Assembly (NCBI GenBank): GCA_964016885.1
Contig: OZ024742.1
Coordinates: 139,066,001 to 139,130,000, forward strand
Reading direction: 5' to 3'
Length of the DNA: 64,000 nt
From: Eledone cirrhosa
Lineage: Eukaryota
Part shown: piece after piece, positions 1 to 10,610 of the stretch
Position numbering within the stretch: the stretch's first letter is position 1
Layout: the number at the start of each line of letters is the position of its first letter
Notes under the pieces: model-generated
What the model was told of the DNA's origin: nothing
What the model saw: only the letters and a program-made list of their open reading frames with translations
Database searches by the model: none
Made by a program: the position numbers and the translations under genes

Positions 1-2
1 AT

Positions 3-278
3 TACAAGCAAATTGGTCGACGCATCATTTTGCTATCGTCGTTCATCGGCGGCCCGAGATATATGAACATTCGCTATCAGGATGCAATGGCTATTGTCAG
101 AAAGTTTGGAAAGCCAGATTTGTTTATAACGGTTACATGCAATCCTGAATGGACTGATATTAAGGATGCACTTTTGCCAGGACAACAGCCAAAGGACCGT
201 CCTGATATTGTGGCAAGAGTATTCAAAGGATATCTGAAAAAGATAATGGATGATGTGGAAAAAGGGGTATGGTTATGA
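3..278 (+). pseudogene. Helitron RepHel gene fragment, Rep (HUH endonuclease) region with motif 1; truncated by window start and by a stop/insertion at ~278
   Basis: Translates YKQIGRRIILLSSFIGGPRYMNIRYQDAMAIVRKFGKPDLFITVTCNPEW...GQQPKDRPDIVARVF. This matches the Helitron Rep signature (LPSSFxGGPRYM, GKPDLFITFTCNPxW, DRPDLxxRVF). The HUH and catalytic Tyr motifs that should follow are absent. Confidence 0.93.
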
Positions 279-424
279 TGAAATAGGGGTATGGTTATGG
301 CCCAATTGGTGTTCAAACCAGGATCAAATGTTCCCCCCGGTCTGACGACGACCTCTGAATGTGGAACCCAGAGCCTATGAATGTGGAACTCGATTTTTTA
401 CCAATAAAAATTTTGCCAAATTTT

Positions 425-553
425 TTATTTCTTGTCCAATTATTTAAAGTTTTATCTTAGTTTCTTGTCCTATTCTTTTAAAGTTTTATCTTAGTTTCTT
501 GTCCTATTCTTTTAAAGTTTTATTTTAGTTTCTTGTCCTGTATTTTTAAAGGT
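425..553. repeat. ~35-bp AT-rich minisatellite (~3.5 copies) in filler DNA interrupting the Helitron
   Basis: Tandem TTTAAAGTTTTATCTTAGTTTCTTGTCCTATTCTT copies read directly from the sequence. Confidence 0.85.
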
Positions 554-629
554 TTATATTCCAACAATATTACTTTTTTTTGCTGTACGTATTTTTCTAT
601 CTGGTTTCAAATGTTTAAGAGATTTCAAT

Positions 630-2137
630 TTGCCAATTCCTAATGAAGAAATGCGGCAACGCGTCTTACCATTGAACATTAGATTGCAGTTTAGACGGTT
701 GCCACTCGATCGGAGGGAACTATTCCAGTTTGATCCACCGGAACAGCAACGTATTGTGGATGAACGTATGCCAATGTTGACCCAATTTCAGAGAGAATTG
801 GTCGATGGCGTTCTCCACTCGATTTCTACTAATGAGCAATTTTGTGCTTTCATAGATGCTCCAGGAAGCACCGGAAAGACATTCTGTTTCAACACTATGT
901 TATCAGCAGTCAGAGCTCAGAGGAAGATTGCTCTCCCTGTGGCCACCAGTGGGATCGCTGCCACTTTGCTGAGTGGTGGGAGGACCTTCCACTCATGCTT
1001 CAAGGCTTCATTGGCTCCGGATGAGTTGAGTGTAACATTACAGGACAACGTGAACTCGCGATATGTCTCTGATTATTTGGGACGAGGCTCCAATGGCACA
1101 CAGATATTTGCTGGAGGCATTGGACAGAACTTTGAGAGATATCTGCGGTAGTGACCTGCCATTCGGTGGTAAGACTATCGTTCTTGGTGGCGATTTCAGA
1201 CAGGTTCTACCAATTGTTAGGAATGCTCAAAGAGCGCAAATTGTCGATGCATGTCTGAAAAAGTCCCCGTTGTGGCGCCATTTCAGAGTTTTGCGATTAC
1301 ACGATAATATGCGACTTCGTATGTTCGGGTAAAACGAAGAGGCTGAGACATACGTCCGATGGTTGATGTAGTTGGGAAACGATGAATTGCCACACGTTGG
1401 TGATAATCAGACTGTAAGAATCCCAGACCATTTGGTCATGCCACTGGACCGCCAAGCATTGATTGACTGGGTGTTCCCTAATTTGAATGCTTTTTGGCAG
1501 AATATCTCCTGGATATCGGAACGCGTTATTCTAACTCATACGAATGCAACAGTCGATGAAATAAATTCGCAAGTAGCCGGAATGTTTCCTGGAAAGGAAT
1601 GGTTGACCGTCAGTGCGGATGCAATGGAGCCTAATCAGCAGAACAATCTGGATGTTCCCACTGAGTATCTGAATTCACTTCAAATATCCGGATTTCCCCC
1701 CAAATATTTTGAGGTTGAAAAAGGGTATGCCGATTATATTGCTTAGAATTATCAATCATACAATGGGTCTTTGCAATGGTACCAGATTGATTGTTGAGAG
1801 ATTGATTAACGGAAGAGTTTTAGAAGCTAAACTCCCAGGCAGAGAGGAATCAGTTCTCATTCCGAGGATTATGCTGAGACCAAGTGAAGATCTGCTGGCA
1901 TTCATTTGGCAAAGGAGACAGTTTCCCGTCAATTTGACCTTCTCCATGACTGTCAACAAGGCACAGGGACAGATTTTCAAGTGAGTCTGTGTCTACTAGA
2001 ATGATCCAGCATTCAGCCATGTGCAACTGTATGTTGCTGTATCTCGAGTGTGCGATCCTGATGGTATAACATTTGCAATTGATACCACTAACAGAGGAAC
2101 AACCCTGAATATTGTCTATAATGAAGCTTTGAGCTGA
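630..2137 (+). pseudogene. Helitron Pif1-family (SF1B) helicase domain, frameshifted and with in-frame stops
   Basis: Motifs occur in order across shifting frames: FIDAPGSTGKTF (Walker A), [27 protein letters not shown] (Walker B), [89 protein letters not shown]. The final stop is at 2135-2137; premature stops occur at ~1330, ~1369, 1982 and ~1997. Confidence 0.95.
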
Positions 2138-2264
2138 TGTATGCATATCTTTAATGCTATCAATAAGCGACGTAGATGATTCGGACATTGGTATTCTTTG
2201 ATCAGTATTGTGAGCTTTGACAGAGTTATCATTTATGTTCAATGTCATTTAATGTCGTTATGAG

Positions 2265-3379
2265 CAATAAAAACAAACAAGTATTGGTAAAAATTGCTTT
2301 CATTGCTATGTTGCGCAATAAATACCAACAAGTATTGGTAAAAATTGCTTTCACTGCTATGTTGCACAATAAATACCAACAAGTATTGGTAAAAATTGCT
2401 TTCATTGCTATGTTGCGCAATAAATACCAACAAGTATTGGTAAAAATTGCTTTCACTGCTATGTTGCACAATAAATACCAACAAGTATTGGTATAAATTG
2501 CTTTCATTGCTATGTTGCGCAATAAATACCAACAAGTATTGGTAAAAATTGCTTTCACTGCTATGTTGCACAATAAATACCAACAAGTATTGGTAAAAAT
2601 TGCTTTCATTGCTATGTTGCGCAATAAATACCAACAAGTATTGGTAAAAAATTGCTTTCACTGCTATGTTGCACAATAAATACCAACAAGTATTGGTATA
2701 AATTGCTTTCATTGCTATGTTGCGCAATAAATACCAACAAGTATTGGTAAAAATTGCTTTCACTGCTATGTTGCACAATAAATACCAACAAGTATTGGTA
2801 AAAATTGCTTTCATTGCTATGTTGCGCAATAAATACCAACAAGTATTGGTAAAAATTGCTTTCACTGCTATGTTGCACAATAAATACCAACAAGTATTGG
2901 TATAAATTGCTTTCATTGCTATGTTGCGCAATAAATACCAACACGTATTGGTAAAAATTGCTTTCACTGCTATGTTGCACAATAAATACCAACAAGTATT
3001 GGTAAAAATTGCTTTCATTGCTATGTTGCGCAATAAATACCAACAAGTATTGGTAAAAATTGCTTTCACTGCTATGTTGCACAATAAATACCAACAAGTA
3101 TTGGTATAAATTGCTTTCATTGCTATGTTGCGCAATAAATACCAACAAGTATTGGTAAAAATTGCTTTCACTGCTATGTTGCACAATAAATACCAACAAG
3201 TATTGGTAAAAATTGCTTTCATTGCTATGTTGCGCAATAAATACCAACAAGTATTGGTAAAAATTGCTTTCACTGCTATGTTGCACAATAAATACCAACA
3301 AGTATTGGTAAAAATTGCTTTCACTGCTATGTTGCACAATAAATACCAACAAGTATTGGTATAAATTGCCTTCACTGCT
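2265..3379. repeat. 51-bp tandem repeat (~22 copies) with 102-bp and 204-bp higher-order structure, just downstream of the Helitron helicase stop
   Basis: Unit AATAAATACCAACAAGTATTGGTAAAAATTGCTTTCA(T/C)TGCTATGTTGC(G/A)C. Copies are nearly identical and alternate between two variants; a GGTATA variant recurs at 2494, 2699, 2903, 3107 and 3362. Confidence 0.97.
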
Positions 3380-3866
3380 TTGAATATTCCACGTAAATGA
3401 TTCAGACATTTGTGATCTTTGACAGAGTTATCATTTCTGTTCAATGTCATTTATCGTCGATAATGAGTAATAAAAACCAACAAGTATTGATAGAAATTGC
3501 CTTCAAATTTATCGCTTCTCATTGCGGTGATAATAAAACCTCATCATATGCTGAGTCTGCCAGGGCTAGAGTAATATTGAAAAACGATTCTATTTTCGAG
3601 GTAGAAGGATCCGCCATTTGGAGTTCAAACCAGGCCACCTCCCCGAGTTGAACTCTGGGCAACATTGACTGTCTATTACTCAGTGGCTAAGAGCCTGGAA
3701 TTTACTTTAAACATTTTTGTGTCATATAATTTGTTGTTTTATTATTATAGCTGACCACTTATAGATAAGCATGTTATCCATATCCATATTAATTTGGCAT
3801 TTGTATAAACCATTTCAAGTAATTAGGGACCTTTTTTACATTGACAGACATCTTTTATATTAATTA

Positions 3867-4226
3867 TCTATATCTATATCTACATATAATATAAAAGATT
3901 GGAACTTCCATCATCCTTTTGAGAAACGTCGAACAACCCCGTCTATGCAATGATACACGTTTTACAGTCAGGCAGAAGATGAACCATCTCCTAGAGGTCA
4001 CAATTCTAGGTGGGAGCACCTAGAATTGTTCATATACTATGCAAAAACGGTACACACGAAGAATCTGGTATATCTGGAAGATTTTTTAAACTGTTTTTTG
4101 TATCACAGAGACCACGCGGACTCGCCTCATACTGTAACCAGACAAACATCCAATACAGTCATTTTCTCTTTTACCTGTCTTCTCTTATCATCTGTTTACC
4201 CGGGCGAATCTAGGTACGTCAGCTAG
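3867..4226 (+). mobile_element. Short non-autonomous Helitron (~360 bp), or the 3' end of the upstream Helitron
   Basis: 5' A|TCTATATCTATATCTACATATAATATAAAAG. 3' decayed GC-rich hairpin ACCCGGGCGAATCTAGGT followed by CTAG|T at 4223-4227. This fits the Helitron TC...hairpin-CTRR ends in an A|T target. Confidence 0.72.
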
Positions 4227-4280
4227 TTCTAATTATGTAAGTTCATTCTCTTAGACGGTAAAATTTATGACATTAATAAT

Positions 4281-4454
4281 TGTTTCTACTTTAGGCACAA
4301 GGCCAGCAAATACCCAGTGCATTACTGGTACTTTATTTTATCGACCCCGTAAGGATGAAAGGCAAAGTCAACCTCGGCGGGATTTGAACTCAGATCGTAA
4401 AGGGACGTAACTATACCACAAAGCATGGCGTCCGACCCTCCACCGATACTGCCA
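4281..4454 (-). mobile_element. tRNA-derived SINE, copy 1
   Basis: The minus strand reads TGGCAGTATCGG (A-box-like) ... GAGTTCAAATCC (B-box), then a conserved body GACTTTGCCTTTCATCCTTACGGGGTCGATAAAATAAAGTACCAG. It is flanked by the direct repeat GACATTAATAAT (4269-4280 and 4456-4467). Confidence 0.85.
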
Positions 4455-4467
4455 AGACATTAATAAT

Positions 4468-4660
4468 GGTTTCTGATTTAGGCACAAGGCCAATAATATT
4501 TGGGGAGGAGGAAAGTCGATTAAATGGACCCCAGTGTGCGACGGGTACTTATTTTATCGACCCCGTAGGGATGAAAGGCAAAGCCAATCTTGGCGGGATT
4601 AGAACTCAGAAGGTAACGGGCCGTAACTCTATGCTGCAAAGCATGTCCGACATTCTACCA
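4468..4660 (-). mobile_element. tRNA-derived SINE, copy 2 (same family, tandem)
   Basis: Shares TTTAGGCACAAGGCCA, TTTTATCGACCCCGTA(A/G)GGATGAAAGGCAAAG, GGCGGGATT(T/A)GAACTCAGA and AAAGCATG with copy 1. Confidence 0.85.
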
Positions 4661-6105
4661 TAACACAATATAAGTTTTTATAAAATAAATGTTACGTTAT
4701 ATACAAAGGGCAATAACTTAGTACTTTTATCAATTTAAATAACTCCATATATCTTTATAAGAGAAATGCCTGTTACATTATATGTATGTATGGTCCCGTA
4801 ACTTCTGATTTAGTCGTAGCGGCACCGTATTGACATACGGCGTTTCTTTGGCATTTTAAGCCTGGCAGAGCGCATCCCTCTCCAGCAGATTTCTTCCAGA
4901 GAAAGATAGAAAGTGAGAGAGAGGAAATGAGAAAGAGATATACAAAGGGCAATAACTTAATACTTTTATCAGTTGAAATAAACACGATATAAATCTTGTT
5001 CTATTTTGGAAAAGGTAAAAGTATATAATTATATATGATTGAAGTATAAATATACACAAAAGTTGTTACTAATATATAATTGCCAGGTGTCAGTGATGAA
5101 GTATATTAGGACATAAACTTAAATGAATATATACACTTGACACACAAAACAATGATATGCATACCATTGTTTTAGGTTGCTGTTTCTATTTTATTTTATA
5201 AAGCTGTTTATACAAAAACAAAACAGACTATTAAAAGGAATTAATAAAAGGAAATGAAACGTTGAAAATGAAACGAATTAAGCAACGAAAGAAAAGAAAA
5301 GTTTGGTGACAGACACTTGTAGCGAAATCTGTATGCGCCTTGAACTTTGGGTGATACCTAAAGGTTAAATCCTTGGTCAACACTCTCTTTGGTGTAGAGA
5401 AGTGGATTCGTTGGCTGTCCTCTCAAGGTGGGGGACAGGAAGTGACAGCTATATACAGACCATGTACAAGCCATTCCACACAGAGACATCGAAGAGATAG
5501 GATATACAACTAACTATGTAAGGATTACTGCTATCAACAGACCCCTTTGGTCTACCAACAGACCCCATGAAGTCTACAGATACACACACACAGATTGGAA
5601 CCTCTATTACTACAAGCCACAGTGGTCTACAAACTATTACAGACCATTCAGAGATATACAAACCATATCTTACTAACTAACGGTCTAAGAATTACTACCA
5701 CGGATTCCAAATTCCAACAACAGCAACAATTATCTGTAACTCGCTGTTTTAACACCAACAACAACAGACTACAACAGCCTCACATTAACAACAAAATAAT
5801 CTTGTCAATCTTAACTCTTGGTAACTTTTTATTGTACTTTTTAATTGATTAACGTGAAGTAAACTATATATAACCAAAATCCTATATCTTTATATTCTTT
5901 ATATTATATTCATGTTATCTTTTCTAACAACATTGTTATTATCATAACAACTAAATAACCAACATATCTATTCTATACATATTACCATACTATCCATTAT
6001 ATAACTATTTCTTTCTTATTCATACCCTTCGTTAAACACTACACCCCTGTCTGGGTGGTGTTTCAGCTACGCCTGCGAACAAATTCAATTATTAATATTA
6101 ATTAT

Positions 6106-6108
<3 letters not shown>

Positions 6109-6164
<56 letters not shown>
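6109..6164. repeat. (TA)n microsatellite
   Basis: Uninterrupted TA run. Confidence 0.98.
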
Positions 6165-6167
<3 letters not shown>

Positions 6168-6585
6168 TAAACGGAATAGAAAATGCTGACAAATTGTTCA
6201 CAGTTGAAAAATGGTTTAATTAGGAATAAAAGAGTATTAGTGATTGTATGGGTTAGTATTCAGTTGTGGTTTTAAGTTTTTAAGTTTTTACCGGTTGCGC
6301 ATTTCTAAATGCTTTTCAAAAATAATTTTGAGATAGAGTGTCCGTGCAGATCAGAGCAAACAGCACGGACACTCTATCTCAAAATTATTTTTGAAAAGCA
6401 TTTAGAAATGCGCAACCGGTAAAAACTTAAAAACTTAAAACCACAACTGAATACTAACCCATACAATCACTAATACTCTTTTATTCCTAATTAAACCATT
6501 TTTCAACTGTGAACAATTTGTCAGCATTTTCTATTCCGTTTACCAATATATAATAACTTGTGTGTTACACCTCTATTCTTTTAAC
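6158..6585. mobile_element. Long perfect inverted repeat (190-bp arms, 15-nt loop, ~33-bp one-sided extension) inserted in (TA)n; probable Penelope-like retroelement terminal remnant or foldback element
   Basis: Arms 6158-6347 and 6363-6552 are exact reverse complements by eye, with loop AGATCAGAGCAAACA. The right arm extends by ATAACTTGTGTGTTACACCTCTATTCTTTTAAC before (TA)n resumes. The palindrome itself is certain; the Penelope-like assignment is inference. Confidence 0.7.
6388..6424 (+). ncRNA. Possible variant or degenerate minimal hammerhead ribozyme motif (mirror copy on the - strand at ~6286-6322)
   Basis: UUGAAAA-GCAUUU-AG-AAAUGC-GCAAC-CG-GUA compared with canonical CUGANGA-stemII-GAAAC-NN-GUH. 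It shows a U3-A8 covariant, an intact stem II and a palindromic ACCGGU stem III, but also an A13C change and only ~3 bp of stem I. Confidence 0.4.
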
Positions 6586-6691
6586 TATATATATATATAT
6601 ATATATACATACCCTCTTCCTGCTATTTCAAGCGTTAACCTAATATATTTCTTATACTGTACCGATTGTGTTGTTATTTCTGTTTAACTTT

Positions 6692-6692
<1 letters not shown>

Positions 6693-6764
<72 letters not shown>

Positions 6765-6821
6765 CTTTTGTATGTGGGCACATGCATGTGTTCATATACA
6801 CGCACATGCATGCAAACACAC

Positions 6822-6865
<44 letters not shown>

Positions 6866-6866
6866 T

Positions 6867-6901
<35 letters not shown>

Positions 6902-6915
6902 GTGTGTGTGTGTCT
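6693..6915. repeat. Compound microsatellite (TA)n/(CA)n/(TG)n
   Basis: Read directly from the sequence. Confidence 0.95.
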
Positions 6916-6941
6916 CTGTATGTAAGAATGTTATTTTGATA

Positions 6942-8143
6942 TTAGGTTGGTCAGAAATTAATGCAATATTCTGTTTTTATTTATTTCGACACATTTTTAA
7001 AGGATAAAAATTGCTACAAGTCGTATAAAGTTATTTTATGCTCGTTCTATCTATGTTATACAATTTTAATATAAAGTATATTTTTATAAATTTTCAGATT
7101 TCTAAAGGTAAGATGTTAAAACAGAGTTATCGCCACATTTATTTCTTTGATTTTAAACTCGCCCACAGTGCAGTTCAAACGGATATGAAGTTTGGGATCA
7201 AGGAAGTGTTGATGAATGCACAGTGCAACATTGATTTTAAAAATCCCCTCATGGCGAATAAACTCTTGAAGGTTGGAAGGTTGCAGACGGCATTCTGCCA
7301 TTGGTGATGTTGAATTGAAGGCTTTCGTTGAAACAATTTCGTTGGGACAATTTCTGAATATTTAAACTGAATTGGAAATTCGATAATGCTTGGAAATAGG
7401 TGCCTTGCGAATTGAATGAAAATAAAGAAAATCATCGTTGTGAAGTCTGCTTTCACTTCTGTTTTGCGCAAGAAAAGAACGATCCATTTTATGAATTTAT
7501 GAATGCATTGTGACTTGCGATGAAAAGTGGATCTTATACAACAACCAATGACTTTCAGCACAGTGACTGGGCCGAGATGAAGCTCCTCAACACTACTCAA
7601 AGCCAAAGTTTTACAAAAAGACTATTATTGCAACGGTTTGGTGGACCATATCCAGATTAATTCATTGCAGCTTTCTGAATCCTGGAGAAATAATCACAGC
7701 AGAGAAGTATTGTCTAGGAATCGATGAAATGCATAAAAGAAATTGCAGCATAAGTATCCAGCATTGCTCAGTAGAAAAAACCCAATCCTCTTGCACATCA
7801 ACGCATAGCTCAATCAAGGCACCAGAAGCTACGAAGCTCTGTCTAATCCACCATACTTACAAGATCTTTCACCAACCGTCAACACCCTTTTCAAACATTT
7901 TGATTATTTCTTGCAAGGGAAAGTATTCAACAACTAGACAGCCATGAAAAATGCCTTCGAATAATTCATCGACGCCAGAACTTTGAAGTTGTGTGTTGTC
8001 GAAATATATACACATGTATCTCTTAAGCAAAGCAGTTTAGATTCTAATGGTCTTTAATGGGATCAATACAATTTATTCTGAACTGAGATGTGTTATATTA
8101 AAGTTGATGTTTAACAAATAGTATTAATTTCTGAATCATCATA
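6942..8143 (+). mobile_element. Degenerate Tc1/mariner (mariner-type) DNA transposon, ~1.2 kb
   Basis: Left TIR TA|TTAGGTTGGTCAGAAATTAATGC; degenerate right TIR GTATTAATTTCTGAATCATCATAA at ~8121-8144; transposase remnants lie between them. Confidence 0.88.
7112..8050 (+). pseudogene. Mariner transposase pseudogene
   Basis: Frame-broken remnants: YRHIYFFDFKLAHSA (HTH start), a WVPxEL-like segment at ~7398-7415, IVTCDEKWILYNN (first catalytic D), VWW..LIHCSFLNPGEIITAEKYC..IDEMH, and PYLQDLSPT (YSPDL motif). Multiple stops and frameshifts. Confidence 0.9.
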
Positions 8144-8144
8144 A

Positions 8145-9900
8145 CCATCATCATTATCGTTTTTACGTCCGTTTTCCAACGTTTGCATGGGTTGGACGGG
8201 TGCTTTTCAGCACACCAACTCTCCACACACTGCGATCCTTCATCATCTCTGTGAGTCTCAGCAATTTGAGATCAGCTCTCACCACCTCCATCCAGGTCCT
8301 CTACTGCGGCCTCCTTCTACTGGGATTTCCACTAAGATTTCCATACTCATCACATGCCCATACCAGCGCAGTCACCTCTTTTGCATACCACTTCGGATTC
8401 CTCTTAAACCCAGTTTCTCCCTCAGTTCATCCAAGCTCTACTATTCTCTCACATATACATTGCACATCTAACGAAGAATGGTTGCTTCATTTTTCGCCAG
8501 CCCATGCATGTTCTCTACAGTCACTGCCCATGTTTCACTACTATACAGCATCACACGTCGCACACAGGCATTATACGATCGTCCTTTTGTACGAGCTCGT
8601 ACGTGGACAGGAACCTTTTATTGTCAGCTGTAGGAATAACTCTCTAAACTTCTTCCCTCATATCTTTATTCTAGCTATTATGCTCTCATAGTACCCTTTT
8701 CCACTGCTAATTACGTCACCTACAGAGCAGAAGCTGTCAACCACATCTATGGATCCTTCGTGGGATTAGAAAAGGTTTATATCACTGTCACTCTTCCCCT
8801 CGATTTCTTGTGCTTCTTTTACATACAAAGTTTTTCCCTTCCTGTTAGTTGTTAGTCTACCTGTTATCCCACTACATCTCTTGTGTTCCTAAGATTTACA
8901 TCGTATAGACTTTATGCCTATACCTTTTCTACATATTGAGCAGGGCCACTTCCATGGAGGAATCAGGGTACAATCTGTTTTCCTACTTACTTTCAAACCA
9001 TTTGATTCCAAATTGTTTCCGTAGTCGGAACTTATTCTCTTCTTCTTTTGTGGATTGTGCTATAAGGACCAGATCATCTGCACAGAGATGTTCCCATGGA
9101 CAGCTAGTTTTAATCTTCTTTGTTATGGCCGAAGAACTCTGATGAACAGCAGTACATTAAGAACCGAAACTTGATAAACTCCAACCTGCTCCTTGAATTC
9201 CTCACTAAATTTACTTCCTACTGTCACTTTACTGACAGCTCTTCTGTACATGGTTTGCACTGCTCTCACAAACCATTCCTCTACACCTAATTTCCTTAAG
9301 AGCCGCCAGATGATAGATCGTGGTACTCTGTCAACAGTCTTTTATAGATCAACAAAAACTAAATATAGCGACTTATTCTTGGTTAGGAACTTCTGTTGTT
9401 GTTGTTTTTTCGCTAGGGATAGTGCATCTATTGTGCATTTCCCAAACATGAAATCAAACTGCATCTCGTCTAGTTTGACTTTTTCCCTAATTAGTTGTGC
9501 TATAATTCTTTCCGTCACATTCACTATTTGGTCCAATAATTTTATTCCTCTATAGTTGCTCCTTTCCAGAGCATCACCTTTGCCCTTGTATCAATTTATG
9601 ATTGTAGTGCTGCGCCAGTCATTGGGCATGACTCTGTCCTGTTTTTCCTGATTGACTATGCGGATTACTAGTTTGACTCTTATTTCTCCAGATGCTTTTA
9701 ACATTTCAGCAACAATCTCTGATGGTCCCGCAATTTTACCATTCTTCATCTCCTTGTTTGCTTCTTTGACCTTATAAGTGTCAACTTCAATAGCTGGTCC
9801 TGCTGTTGAGTAAATTAATCTCTCTTCCTCCCATTTATTCTCTGTATTCATAAGTCCCTCATAGTAACATTTCCAGGCCTCTTTCATTTGAGTATCAGTG
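8145..9900 (-). mobile_element. 5'-truncated, decayed RTE-clade LINE (reverse transcriptase region and 3' tail)
   Basis: Minus-strand remnants: MKNGKIAGPSEIVAEMLKASG, MPNDWRSTTII, MQFDFMFGKCTIDA, LYLVFVDL*KTVDRVPR, VGVYQVSVL..LLF and LCADDL (YADD site, ~9070-9087). The 3' end CCGTCCAACCCATGCAAACGTTGGAAAACGGACG is followed by a (GAT)n-like tail. Confidence 0.88.
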
Positions 9901-10610
9901 GTGTGAAATGGGGTGTGAAATAATCCTACACTATACGATAAAATGGGGTGTGGTTTGGCGTTCAATAACAACTGAAATGACGACTCCCCAGTCTACCCAA
10001 GGTCTAAAGGCCTATCAACCGTTATGAGTATCTTCGATATCAAAAGAAAGGGAAATTTATTCTTTCCAATCACTTAAGGAAGGTGGACAGACCTAAACGT
10101 CCTGTATGCAAGTAGGAATGCCGCCACAACCAGTCGGTGATGCAACGTATACCAGATAATTATTAGTTAATGATAGAGTTGTAAGAAAAACTGAAATGAA
10201 GTAAAATTAAAGTAGGATATAATAAAATAGTATAGAATAAAACTATACTCAATCCCTAACTATCCTTGGGTTCCATGCGTTGCTCAATTTTGGATTCATA
10301 TGGGTTATAACCCAATCTTACACTATAATGAATATAAGTAAGATATAGATATTTTATTTAATAGAACATCGGACTTATATCCCTATGTAGTTATTATAAT
10401 ACGAGAACTATATCGTATGTTATAGAGTGAGTGAATCCTAAAGTGTGTGTGTTGGGGTGGGTAATTAAATAATAAATATATACATATATAGACAAATAAT
10501 TAATGGATGGTAAATATGTGAAAGAGATTGTGAAATGTAGTTTGCGAAAAGTAACGCATATTGGAACGTTGTTGGGACAATGTTTGACGAGTTCCACCCT
10601 GGAATATATA

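Noticed and set aside
2280-2290. AGTATTGGT shared between the 51-bp and 45-bp repeats, suggesting a common origin
   Set aside because: Only 9 bp match and the rest of the units do not align, which is compatible with chance.
2229-3450. ORFs of 131-401 aa over the 51-bp repeat
   Set aside because: They are translations of a 3n tandem repeat open in several frames, with no domain similarity.
6668-7007. YIYIYI/THTHTH ORFs, and the His-rich ORFs at 11377-11615
   Set aside because: They are translations of microsatellite and low-complexity DNA.
9900-10600. Possible solo LTR capping the RTE fragment
   Set aside because: I could not identify matching TG..CA ends, a TSD or a PBS/PPT by eye, so it is left unannotated.
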